This document shows, piece by piece, positions 9,246 to 17,495 of a stretch of 64,000 nucleotides of DNA. The position numbers and the translations under genes were made by a program. Each line of letters starts with the position of its first letter. The stretch's first letter is position 1. The notes under the pieces were generated by a model, which searched no databases, was not told the DNA's origin, and saw only the letters and a program-made list of their open reading frames with translations. The stretch lies in NCBI RefSeq assembly GCF_050320075.1, contig NZ_CP190018.1; one strand, written 5' to 3'. This DNA comes from Escherichia coli. GTDB lineage: Bacteria > Pseudomonadota > Gammaproteobacteria > Enterobacterales > Enterobacteriaceae.

Positions 9246-10664
9246 TCAGACGCCGTAACGTTCGCACCAGCCAAGAATGGCTTTCTCGAAGCAGGCGAAT
9301 GGTGGATGCACAATGCCCGCGCCAATCATGCCAACGCCCGCATCTTTATGGGCAATGGCGGTGTTGATCACCGGCAGAATGCCGCTACTGCCCACGCGGG
9401 TGATGTCGATTGCCGACGGCACGCCCATAAAACCGAGCAGCGGAATGGTGACGTTGGGGTTTTCACCGAGAGTGATTTCGCGCATCTGACGGGAGAAATC
9501 GATAGCCTCTTCCACCGTGCCGCCCACCAGCGCGACGATCGCGGGCGCGGTAGCCATAGCAAATCCACCAATGCCGTAGGTTTCGGTGATGGCGCTGTCG
9601 CCAATATCCAGCCCCGAATCTTCCGGCTTATAACCGGCAAACATCGGGCCGATCACCTGCTGCGCCGGACCGGTAAACCATTGCCCCGGTAATCCGCTGA
9701 CCCGCAGGCCGAACTCGACGCCGTTACGCGCCATCGTGGTGACCACGGTGCTGTATTCGATGCCGTGCGCCGCATCCATCGCCGCTTTACACATCGCCAT
9801 CCACGTCGGGCCGGAGAAGTAGTCGCTGCTGGCGACAAACTCAAACACTTCGCGCTGTTGCTCGACGGAATAACCTGCCTGAATAATCCCCGGCGTCAGC
9901 GCCTGAATCAGCAGCGTCGTCCCGGCGTTATTACGGTTATGGCATTCATCGCCCATATGCAGCGCCTGCGCCAGCATTAAGCGCAGATCGATTTCGCCGA
10001 TAATTTTCATCGCGTCGCGCAGCATTGGCCCCTGCACATCGCGCATCCAGTTGAGGCGGTCAATCACGCTCTGGTCGTTAGCGCCCATACGCAAAATCTT
10101 CGCCATCTGCTCGCTCATATTGGTGTAAGCGATGTTGCCGTAGGTTTTGTTTTTTACGATGTGCATAAACATCGAGGCCGAGGTAACACCTGCCATCGAT
10201 CCCACACAGTCGTGTTCATGGCACGGCGAGAAGGTGATCTCCCCGGAGGCCGCCAAGTCAGCCGCCTCGTCGAGATCTTTCGCCAGCCCTTCGAACACCA
10301 GCGCCCCGGTGACCGCGCCTTTCATTGCGCCGCACATTTTTTCCCAGGTCACTGGCGGCCCGGCGTGAAGAATGGTTTTCGGCGTCATTCCCGGCACCAC
10401 GTTAATCGCCTGATCAAAACCAATCAGCACCGGATGCGACTGGATAATGCGCTCCAGCGCCTGCTGGTTAGCGGCGGCGATTTTGTCTGCCAGCGGCGAA
10501 TCGGCAATGTTATCCAGCGCCTGCACCACCTGCATATTGCCCTGCCCCGGCGGCGTCCAGTCGAGTTGGGTCACTTCTACATGCTGCTTTTTCAAATCAT
10601 CGCTAAACATGGCGATGCCGACGTTAATAACGTTCAACGGTTGGCTAAACAGTGACTGGCTCAT
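9246..10664 (-). CDS. yahG: DUF1116-family protein (YlbE paralogue), 472 aa
   Basis: Length, sequence and position match K-12 YahG as I recall it. The start codon shares a nucleotide with the yahF stop (TGATG). Confidence 0.85.
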   Translation of the reverse strand: MSQSLFSQPLNVINVGIAMFSDDLKKQHVEVTQLDWTPPGQGNMQVVQALDNIADSPLADKIAAANQQALERIIQSHPVLIGFDQAINVVPGMTPKTILHAGPPVTWEKMCGAMKGAVTGALVFEGLAKDLDEAADLAASGEITFSPCHEHDCVGSMAGVTSASMFMHIVKNKTYGNIAYTNMSEQMAKILRMGANDQSVIDRLNWMRDVQGPMLRDAMKIIGEIDLRLMLAQALHMGDECHNRNNAGTTLLIQALTPGIIQAGYSVEQQREVFEFVASSDYFSGPTWMAMCKAAMDAAHGIEYSTVVTTMARNGVEFGLRVSGLPGQWFTGPAQQVIGPMFAGYKPEDSGLDIGDSAITETYGIGGFAMATAPAIVALVGGTVEEAIDFSRQMREITLGENPNVTIPLLGFMGVPSAIDITRVGSSGILPVINTAIAHKDAGVGMIGAGIVHPPFACFEKAILGWCERYGV

Positions 10665-12211
10665 CAGGCTTCCTCCCCTTTGCAGATAAATTCACGCGCC
10701 AGCAATCCGGTATTGGTGCTGCTGCTTGCCAGAATTACCCCAGCATCAAGCAGCATCTGGCTTTGTTGTTCTAACGATGGCGTATCGAGATCGGTACCCA
10801 GCACATAGGCGAGAATGATCAACTCGCGCCCTTCGGCAGCGGCGATCGCTTTCGCCTCTTTGATCGCCTCGATGGTGGAACCGACCGGATCTTCATGCGA
10901 TCCAAACCCGAGCACAAAATCCATCACGATCACCGCCACTTCTGGATCGTGCGCCTCTTCGATCAAGCGGCTGATACGGTTGGTGGGGTCAATCATTGGA
11001 TGCGGCTTGCCGTTGGTGAAGTCGTCATCGCCAAAGTCGAGGAAGGTGTGTTTGATGCTGCGGTTGATATCTTGCAGGCGGAATTCAGGATCGGGCTGAA
11101 TGTTGCTGTAGACATCGCCATGTTTTTCCATCACCGCGAACATGGTTTCGTCACACAGCGTACCGCCGCAGAACAGGCCACGAATGTATTTCTGTTGCGG
11201 CTTCAGGCGAGCGCGCACGTCAGCAATCAATGGCTGGTTCAGGGTATGCAGATCGAGATGTTCCTGTTTCACGCCGGAGAGCATCACCGCTTTCAGCGCC
11301 GCTTCTTTGCTGCCGCGGGCAAACTTTAGCCCCTGCTCATCCACTGGCGTTTCGCCACGACCGAGGAAGCAGACCACCACCGGCTTGCGGCAGGCGCGTG
11401 CGCGTTCCAGCACTTTGCGGGCCACCGCAGGCGCAGGCGGTTTGGAGATAAGCACAATAATTTCAGTTTGCGGATCGTTTTCCAGCATCCCGATGGCGTC
11501 GAGCATCATCAGGCCGCCGATTTTCTCGCTCAGGTCGCGCCCGCCGGTGCCGATCAGTTGCGAAACGCCGCCGCCAAATTCATGGATACGGACGCTCAGC
11601 TCCTGGCTACCGGTGCCGGATGCGCCAACAATGCCGATGTTGCCGCGACGCACGGCGTTACCAAAGCAGAGCGCCGCGCCGTTGATAATCGCCGTACCGC
11701 AGTCTGGCCCCATCATCAGCAGCCCTTTTTCGTGGGCCAACTGTTTGAGCGCCAGTTCATCTTCAACTGAGACGTTATCGGAAAACAGCATCACGTTAAG
11801 ATCGTTTTGCAGCGCCTGACGCGCTTCGCGAGCGGCAAACAGACCGTTGACCGAAATCACCGCCAGGTTACTTTCCGGGATATGCTTTTTGGCGCTGGCA
11901 ATAGTGGCGTAACGCGCCTCGTGCGGGCCGCTTTGCGCTTTGCTGTTGAACAGTTCTTCAATCTCCACCAGCAACTGCTCGTTGTCTGCGCCCGATTTAC
12001 CATTGATGACAATCATCAGGTCACCGTTTTTCGCCTGCTCCAGCTCCGGCGTCAGCAGCCCTAAATTCTTCAGCACGCCTTTGTTCATTTCGGTCGCCAT
12101 CGCCACAAATGCCTGCTCGACGCCGTCAAGTTTATTTGCACGCGTGGAGATAGACATCAGCGAGACAGAATCAAAATAGGTATTCGGTTTAATGACTATT
12201 TTAACTGACAT
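10664..12211 (-). CDS. yahF: FdrA-like protein with succinyl-CoA-synthetase-alpha/CoA-ligase-like domains (515 aa)
   Basis: MMGPDCGTAIING and GIVGASGTGSQE motifs. Matches K-12 YahF. Overlaps yahE by 11 nt. Confidence 0.9.
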   Translation of the reverse strand: MSVKIVIKPNTYFDSVSLMSISTRANKLDGVEQAFVAMATEMNKGVLKNLGLLTPELEQAKNGDLMIVINGKSGADNEQLLVEIEELFNSKAQSGPHEARYATIASAKKHIPESNLAVISVNGLFAAREARQALQNDLNVMLFSDNVSVEDELALKQLAHEKGLLMMGPDCGTAIINGAALCFGNAVRRGNIGIVGASGTGSQELSVRIHEFGGGVSQLIGTGGRDLSEKIGGLMMLDAIGMLENDPQTEIIVLISKPPAPAVARKVLERARACRKPVVVCFLGRGETPVDEQGLKFARGSKEAALKAVMLSGVKQEHLDLHTLNQPLIADVRARLKPQQKYIRGLFCGGTLCDETMFAVMEKHGDVYSNIQPDPEFRLQDINRSIKHTFLDFGDDDFTNGKPHPMIDPTNRISRLIEEAHDPEVAVIVMDFVLGFGSHEDPVGSTIEAIKEAKAIAAAEGRELIILAYVLGTDLDTPSLEQQSQMLLDAGVILASSSTNTGLLAREFICKGEEA

Positions 12212-13064
12212 AATTCCCTCCGTAGGTTTGGCTCAGCGCACAACCATCGGCCATGCCATACAGCATGTCGCAGCCGGAACTGGAGCCAATATGTTTAATT
12301 TTTTCTATTGCCTGAGTTGCGTTCCCAGGGATGTCATAAATAATGTTATGAATAAAACGATGAATATCTTCCCGGCAGCGTTGTTGTAATGCGGCTTCCA
12401 GCGTTATGGCACTTAATAACGTGGTATTATTTCTGCCGCGTTGCAGACCGAGATAAAATTCCTCTTTGTATTTTTCCGCCGGATGCCCAGGAATAAATAA
12501 AATAAGCGCCAGACCTGTTAAATAATCGTCGGCTGATGGCGTAAGGCCAATCCCTAAGCCCATCATACTGGCGACCGCTGAGGCGATATTTTGTTTATCG
12601 TTTACGGCCTGAATAACTGCCCGTCGTTTAATATGTAATTCTTTATTTAACGCCTGATAAAACGGATTATCGCCGCAATAATTAAACAGGGTTTCATTTT
12701 CCCCCAGGTGCTGATGAATAATGTCATGCCACTGTTGCCAGGCGATAAGGTGAAAATTCACAGCGGTCATTTGCAAGGTTGGGGACAGCCAACGCCGACA
12801 ACGACTCATCTCTATATGAAGATGTTGACCAACCGTAATGCCTTGATCGTCAAACTGAACCTTATCACCATGCCGGAACAGACCATCAAAGTGAGTGAGT
12901 GCCAACCGACAACTGTTTGGCGCATTGTCGTACTCTTCACAAAGCAGCGTCAGCAACTGCTGGCGGGCCGGAAGTGCGATATTTACCGCTCTGGCAAAGA
13001 CCTGTTCAACCTGTCCTTGCCCCCGCTGCGCCAGAAAATCAGCATCCGCAGTTAGCGCCCACAC
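12201..13064 (-). CDS. yahE: DUF2877-family protein (YlbF paralogue), 287 aa
   Basis: Position and length match K-12 YahE. There is no recognisable catalytic motif. Confidence 0.8.
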   Translation of the reverse strand: MWALTADADFLAQRGQGQVEQVFARAVNIALPARQQLLTLLCEEYDNAPNSCRLALTHFDGLFRHGDKVQFDDQGITVGQHLHIEMSRCRRWLSPTLQMTAVNFHLIAWQQWHDIIHQHLGENETLFNYCGDNPFYQALNKELHIKRRAVIQAVNDKQNIASAVASMMGLGIGLTPSADDYLTGLALILFIPGHPAEKYKEEFYLGLQRGRNNTTLLSAITLEAALQQRCREDIHRFIHNIIYDIPGNATQAIEKIKHIGSSSGCDMLYGMADGCALSQTYGGNYVS

Positions 13065-13103
13065 ACACCGTCTTTCTGGTGTGTTGATAGCAAGCCTCCC
13101 GGT

Positions 13104-13709
13104 TTATGCACCTGCGGCCATCAGTAACTGCGCAATCTCTTCAAAGCCTCGTTCCCGCGCCAGTTCCAGCGGCGTTTTGCCATATTTATCCGTCATGTGC
13201 GGGCTGGCACCGTGTTCCAGCAATAACTGGACAATCGCCTGCTGTTTAATCCCGCCATCATTAAGCACAATTGCTTCCAGTAGCGGCGTCCAGCCAACAT
13301 GGTTGGTCTGGTTAACGTTAATCTCCGTATGCGCCAAAAGCTCTTTTACAATACTTAAATGGCCTTTTTCACAGGCAGGCGTCAGGCCGACACCGCCAAA
13401 ACGGGTGACGCAATTAAGATCGGGTTTAGCCGGTAAAATAATCCGTAACAGGGTTAAATCGCCGGTCAGGCAGCTAATTAAAAAAGGATTTGAACATATT
13501 TGATCTTGCTTATTAATATCTGCTCCGGCATCAATTAATGCCTGAACGCAAGCATATTGCTGATATAAACTTGCCAGCGTAATTGCCGTTTTCCCCTGAC
13601 GATCGCAGGTATTAATATCGACACCCAGCGCAAGGCAGGTTTTTACTTTATCGATATCACCCTGTTGCGCAGCCAATAAATAGTCGGCAGGTAGATTTTT
13701 TATAGTCAT
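13104..13709 (-). CDS. yahD: Ankyrin-repeat protein (201 aa)
   Basis: Repeated ankyrin consensus, for example GWTPLLEAIVLNDGG...VQLLLEHGASPHMTDKYGKTPLELARERGFEEIAQLLMAAGA. Confidence 0.9.
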   Translation of the reverse strand: MTIKNLPADYLLAAQQGDIDKVKTCLALGVDINTCDRQGKTAITLASLYQQYACVQALIDAGADINKQDQICSNPFLISCLTGDLTLLRIILPAKPDLNCVTRFGGVGLTPACEKGHLSIVKELLAHTEINVNQTNHVGWTPLLEAIVLNDGGIKQQAIVQLLLEHGASPHMTDKYGKTPLELARERGFEEIAQLLMAAGA

Positions 13710-13812
13710 TCACATTCCCCTGGTTTTTGTGGCTGTTTTCGATGAATTGAGAATAGCAACGATAATCTGATAAAAGAACCCGCTTAAATTTAATTCGCCG
13801 TATTTCGCCTTT

Positions 13813-13833
13813 TTGTTGAATGATGTTCAACAA
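13813..13833. promoter_or_regulatory. Perfect inverted repeat TTGTTGAA-N5-TTCAACAA in the yahD/yahC divergent region (candidate LysR-type site)
   Basis: The arms are exact reverse complements. The core TGAATGATGTTCA fits T-N11-A. It lies ~105-125 bp upstream of the yahD start. Confidence 0.35.
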
Positions 13834-13966
13834 TCTTTTCGCAGTGTGCGGTAGTGCAATATTTGTTTCTTTGACCCGATACCCTTTCACTCAATCAGGT
13901 TTTATTTCTCTATAGTCTGCACATGTAAGAGTAGCTTTCGTCCATGTCTAACCAGAGGGGAACAAG

Positions 13967-14464
13967 ATGAACGGACTCACGGCAACGGGTGTCACCGTCG
14001 GTATTTGTGCAGGGCTTTGGCAGTTAGTGTCTTCACATGTTGGGCTCTCTCAGGGATGGGAATTATTAGGAACCATTGGCTTCGTCGCCTTTTGCAGTTT
14101 TTATGCCGCAGGCGGCGGTAAAACGGGGTTTATCAGAAGCCTGGCGGTTAATTATTCCGGGATGGTGTGGGCGTTTTTCGCCGCGCTGGCTGCCGGTTGG
14201 CTGGCCTCGGTGAGTGGATTGTCCACGTTCTGGGCGAGCGTGATTATGACTGTACCCTTCTCGGCGGTAGTGGTCTGGCAAGGACGTTTCGGTTTATTGT
14301 CTTTTATTCCCGGAGGCTTTCTCGGCATGACGCTATTTTTTGCCAGCGGGATGAACTGGACGGTGACATTACTGGGTTTTCTGGCGGGTAACTGCGTGGG
14401 GATAATTTCAGAATATGGCGGACAAAAATTAAGCGAAGCGACGACTAAACGCGACGGGTATTAA
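13967..14464 (+). CDS. yahC: Inner-membrane protein (165 aa)
   Basis: Hydrophobic multi-TM ORF. Matches K-12 YahC in position and length. Confidence 0.8.
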   Translation: MNGLTATGVTVGICAGLWQLVSSHVGLSQGWELLGTIGFVAFCSFYAAGGGKTGFIRSLAVNYSGMVWAFFAALAAGWLASVSGLSTFWASVIMTVPFSAVVVWQGRFGLLSFIPGGFLGMTLFFASGMNWTVTLLGFLAGNCVGIISEYGGQKLSEATTKRDGY

Positions 14465-14555
14465 AAGTTATTCAAAAATGATTATCTATCTTTAACCGAT
14501 ACCTCTACAGTCATGGCTGGAGAAATTCATAGTAGATAATGGCGGGAATGGTTTA

Positions 14556-15488
14556 ATGAACTCAATTTTTACCGAAGAGAATCTGTTGGCATTTACTACC
14601 GCTGCGCGTTTTGGCAGCTTCAGTAAAGCCGCAGAAGAGTTGGGTTTAACCACTTCCGCCATTAGCTACACCATCAAGCGAATGGAAACAGGGCTGGATG
14701 TGGTGCTGTTCACTCGCAGTACCCGAAGCATTGAGTTAACGGAGTCCGGGCGTTATTTTTTCCGCAAAGCTACCGACCTGCTGAATGATTTTCACGCCAT
14801 CAAACGCAGCATCGATACTATTTCGCAGGGTATAGAAGCACGGGTGCGCATTTGTATTAACCAACTGCTTTATACGCCCAAACACACCGCACGCTTATTA
14901 CAGGTACTGAAAAAGCAGTTTCCTACCTGCCAGATTACCGTCACCACCGAAGTGTATAACGGCGTCTGGGATGCGATTATTAATAATCAGGCGAATATCG
15001 CTATCGGCGCACCCGACACGCTGCTGGACGGTGGCGGCATTGATTACACGGAGATTGGCGCGATTCGCTGGGCTTTTGCCATCGCCCCGGATCACCCGTT
15101 AGCCTTTGTGCCGGAGCCGATCGCCGAAAGCCAACTGCGTCTCTACCCTAATATCATGGTGGAGGACACCGCACATACGATTAATAAAAAAGTGGGCTGG
15201 TTGCTGCATGGGCAGGAGTCAATTCTGGTGCCAGATTTCAACACCAAATGTCAGTGCCAGATTTTAGGTGAAGGAATTGGTTTTTTGCCGGATTACATGG
15301 TCCGTGAGGCGATGGCGCAATCCCTGCTGGTTACCCGACAAATCCATAATCCGCGCCAGGATTCGCGCATGTTACTGGCGACCCAGCACTCTGCCACCGG
15401 TCAGGTGACGCAGTGGATTAAAAAACAATTTTCGCCAAATGGCATATTAACGGGGATCTATCAGGATTTACTGCATCGGGAGAATTAA
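14556..15488 (+). CDS. yahB: LysR-family transcriptional regulator (310 aa)
   Basis: N-terminal HTH FGSFSKAAEELGLTTSAISYTIKRMETGL. Synteny with K-12 yahB. Confidence 0.9.
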   Translation: MNSIFTEENLLAFTTAARFGSFSKAAEELGLTTSAISYTIKRMETGLDVVLFTRSTRSIELTESGRYFFRKATDLLNDFHAIKRSIDTISQGIEARVRICINQLLYTPKHTARLLQVLKKQFPTCQITVTTEVYNGVWDAIINNQANIAIGAPDTLLDGGGIDYTEIGAIRWAFAIAPDHPLAFVPEPIAESQLRLYPNIMVEDTAHTINKKVGWLLHGQESILVPDFNTKCQCQILGEGIGFLPDYMVREAMAQSLLVTRQIHNPRQDSRMLLATQHSATGQVTQWIKKQFSPNGILTGIYQDLLHREN

Positions 15489-15529
15489 TCGCTGCCAACT
15501 TCCCGATGCGCTGTGAATAGCGGTTTACA

Positions 15530-16618
15530 TCAACCACCTGCTTTCATTACCCATTCAGAGATAAATTTATTACCCGGTACTGGCGGAGAGTACAAATAGC
15601 CCTGCAAAAAGTGAACGCCTTTGCCGATCATTAAATCCGCCTGCTCCTGGGTTTCTACCCCTTCCGCCACGATACTCAGACCAGGCTTACGCGCCAGTTC
15701 GACAATATTGTCCACAATATGACCGGATATTTCGTCCACGCTCGCCATTTGCACAAATGACTTATCGATCTTAATAAAATCGACCGGGAACGCCTGCAAG
15801 TAACGATAGGTCGCATAACCCGTACCAAAGTCATCCAGCGCAAAGGTAATGTTGTGCTGATGAAGGCTGTCAAATATCGCTCTGGCTTCTGGCGTTACCG
15901 GAATAGGGTTACGTTCCGTTAGCTCGAGAACCAGTTTGATTTTATCGTTACCTAATTTCTTAACCAGGTTCAGGCATTCTTTTTCAAATCCCGCAGCCAA
16001 AAAACAACCCGCCGAGACGTTGATGCCAATATGGAAATTGTCCGGCAGCAAATGTTTTACCGGCATCAGAATATCCGCAGTCTGTTTCATCAACTGGCGA
16101 GTCATTATGACGATAAGACCAGATGACTCCGCCAGAGGAATAAACTGATCCGGTGGGATAATTCCCGTTTGTGGATGTTCCCAGCGGACAAGCACCTCAC
16201 AGCCCGTCAGTACCCCAGTCTGCGCGCAGAAAACCGGTTGGATCCACGGTTTAAATTCATGGTTTTCCAACGCCAGACTGATGGCTTCAGGCGTGACGAT
16301 ATGGTGATAGTGATTATCATTAATATATTTGTGACTATTATTACCCGTGGCGGATATGATCTCCGGATTGTACTGAAAGAAAATATCCCGCCAGAAAGTA
16401 ATATCGCTCTGAATCCCCAGTTTCTCAAAGAGCTGTTTCTTTTGATGTGAAATGGTCTTTGCACTGCGATTTCTGTACTGTGATATTTCTGTTACAGACA
16501 TTCCCTGCATCAGCAGCTTGAGTAGCAGTCGTTCTTTCTCGGATACGCTACCAGGCAATGACAAATGAACCGTTGTACCGAACTCTTGCAGAAAAACACG
16601 AAAATCACATGAATTCAT
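15530..16618 (-). CDS. pdeL: c-di-GMP phosphodiesterase / LuxR-type DNA-binding regulator PdeL (YahA), 362 aa
   Basis: LuxR HTH (SEKERLLLKLLMQGMSVTEISQYRNRSAKTISHQKKQLFEKLG) plus an EAL domain (CEVLVRW, LELTE, DDFGTGYA). Start at MNSCDF (16618). Confidence 0.9.
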   Translation of the reverse strand: MNSCDFRVFLQEFGTTVHLSLPGSVSEKERLLLKLLMQGMSVTEISQYRNRSAKTISHQKKQLFEKLGIQSDITFWRDIFFQYNPEIISATGNNSHKYINDNHYHHIVTPEAISLALENHEFKPWIQPVFCAQTGVLTGCEVLVRWEHPQTGIIPPDQFIPLAESSGLIVIMTRQLMKQTADILMPVKHLLPDNFHIGINVSAGCFLAAGFEKECLNLVKKLGNDKIKLVLELTERNPIPVTPEARAIFDSLHQHNITFALDDFGTGYATYRYLQAFPVDFIKIDKSFVQMASVDEISGHIVDNIVELARKPGLSIVAEGVETQEQADLMIGKGVHFLQGYLYSPPVPGNKFISEWVMKAGG

Positions 16619-17102
16619 GAACACACCTTTTATCTTTTATCGCTGTTCAGTATGAGTGATTACCTGTGGATTCCTGAGCACACATAAGGGGTAACCATAA
16701 ACATCAGCGATGCCATACGCATAACATCCCACATCACTATCAAAAAGATTATCTTTACCTCTGATGCTCGCTCAAAAACAGTTACGCTAAATACCTTAAA
16801 AAGGTAATCACAAGTCAAACTCAGGAGATAATCACGCAAGAATGCAATATTAAAATTCAGATACTCATTTTTGGTAATAAAGAAGTAGTTGGACTATTTC
16901 AATATTTATAATTTCCCACTACGTATTGACGCCCATTCATGAGTAAAGGCGCATTATATGAATTTAACAATCCAGATCAACTGAAAATACCTCAACCTCA
17001 TAAACACATAGCGTCAACATTCAATGACATAATGAGTAAAGATGTTGGTTATGCATACACGTCATTACTCTATGCCTATCCCTTAACAACCTGCTTTTTA
17101 AG

Positions 17103-17118
17103 GCTGAATCCATTCAGC
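17103..17118. promoter_or_regulatory. Cra (FruR)-like operator GCTGAATC/CATTCAGC
   Basis: A 7-bp perfect inverted repeat (GCTGAAT/ATTCAGC) matching the TGAAWC half-site consensus. It lies in the pdeL upstream region. I recall Cra being reported to activate pdeL. Confidence 0.45.
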
Positions 17119-17450
17119 AATAGATAGCCAACATTATAACAATGACAATAAAAACAATATTTAAAACAATCAATAAAATATCAGACACAGACAATTAAAC
17201 CTTAAACAACAAACAGTTACATTGATTTTAGTTGATTTGCGCTACGCGTTTCCCATGAATAAAGCGTCATTTCAAATTAGCACCAATATTTACATTAAAT
17301 AAGACTAAGCTTATTGAACATTCACAACAGTCCAAGCGTAGGTTTTGGGCTTCAATAGTTCTTTTCTTTTTTATTATCTGTTGCCTGGCAATCATCAATC
17401 GATACTAAGGGCTTAACTGTACACAGATATAACGTATCAAGAGGTAAGAG

Positions 17451-17482
17451 AAACCGCGCCATATGCAGACATGGCGCGGTTT
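17451..17482 (-). terminator. Rho-independent terminator of betT (symmetric, possibly bidirectional)
   Basis: A 12-bp perfect stem AAACCGCGCCAT/ATGGCGCGGTTT with an 8-nt loop, starting 14 nt past the betT stop. U-rich tail on the minus strand. Confidence 0.7.
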
Positions 17483-17495
17483 TATGCAATAACAA

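Noticed and set aside
9151-9267. N-terminal extensions proposed by the ORF track for yahI. The same issue applies to ykgG 25233-25379, rclR 28764-28814, rclA 28963-28989, ecpB 48282-48329, ecpE 53106-53150, betA 21700-21744, LysR 41132-41206 and 42258-42320, and the hydrolase 62753-62773.
   Set aside because: The extensions have no homology to the known protein N-termini. They often overlap upstream genes or terminators, and internal starts reproduce the lengths I recall for the K-12 proteins.
16939-17127. A 62-aa ORF in the pdeL-betT spacer.
   Set aside because: It has no Shine-Dalgarno sequence and A+T-rich codon usage, and its 3' end is better explained by the Cra-like palindrome. It is probably a chance ORF.
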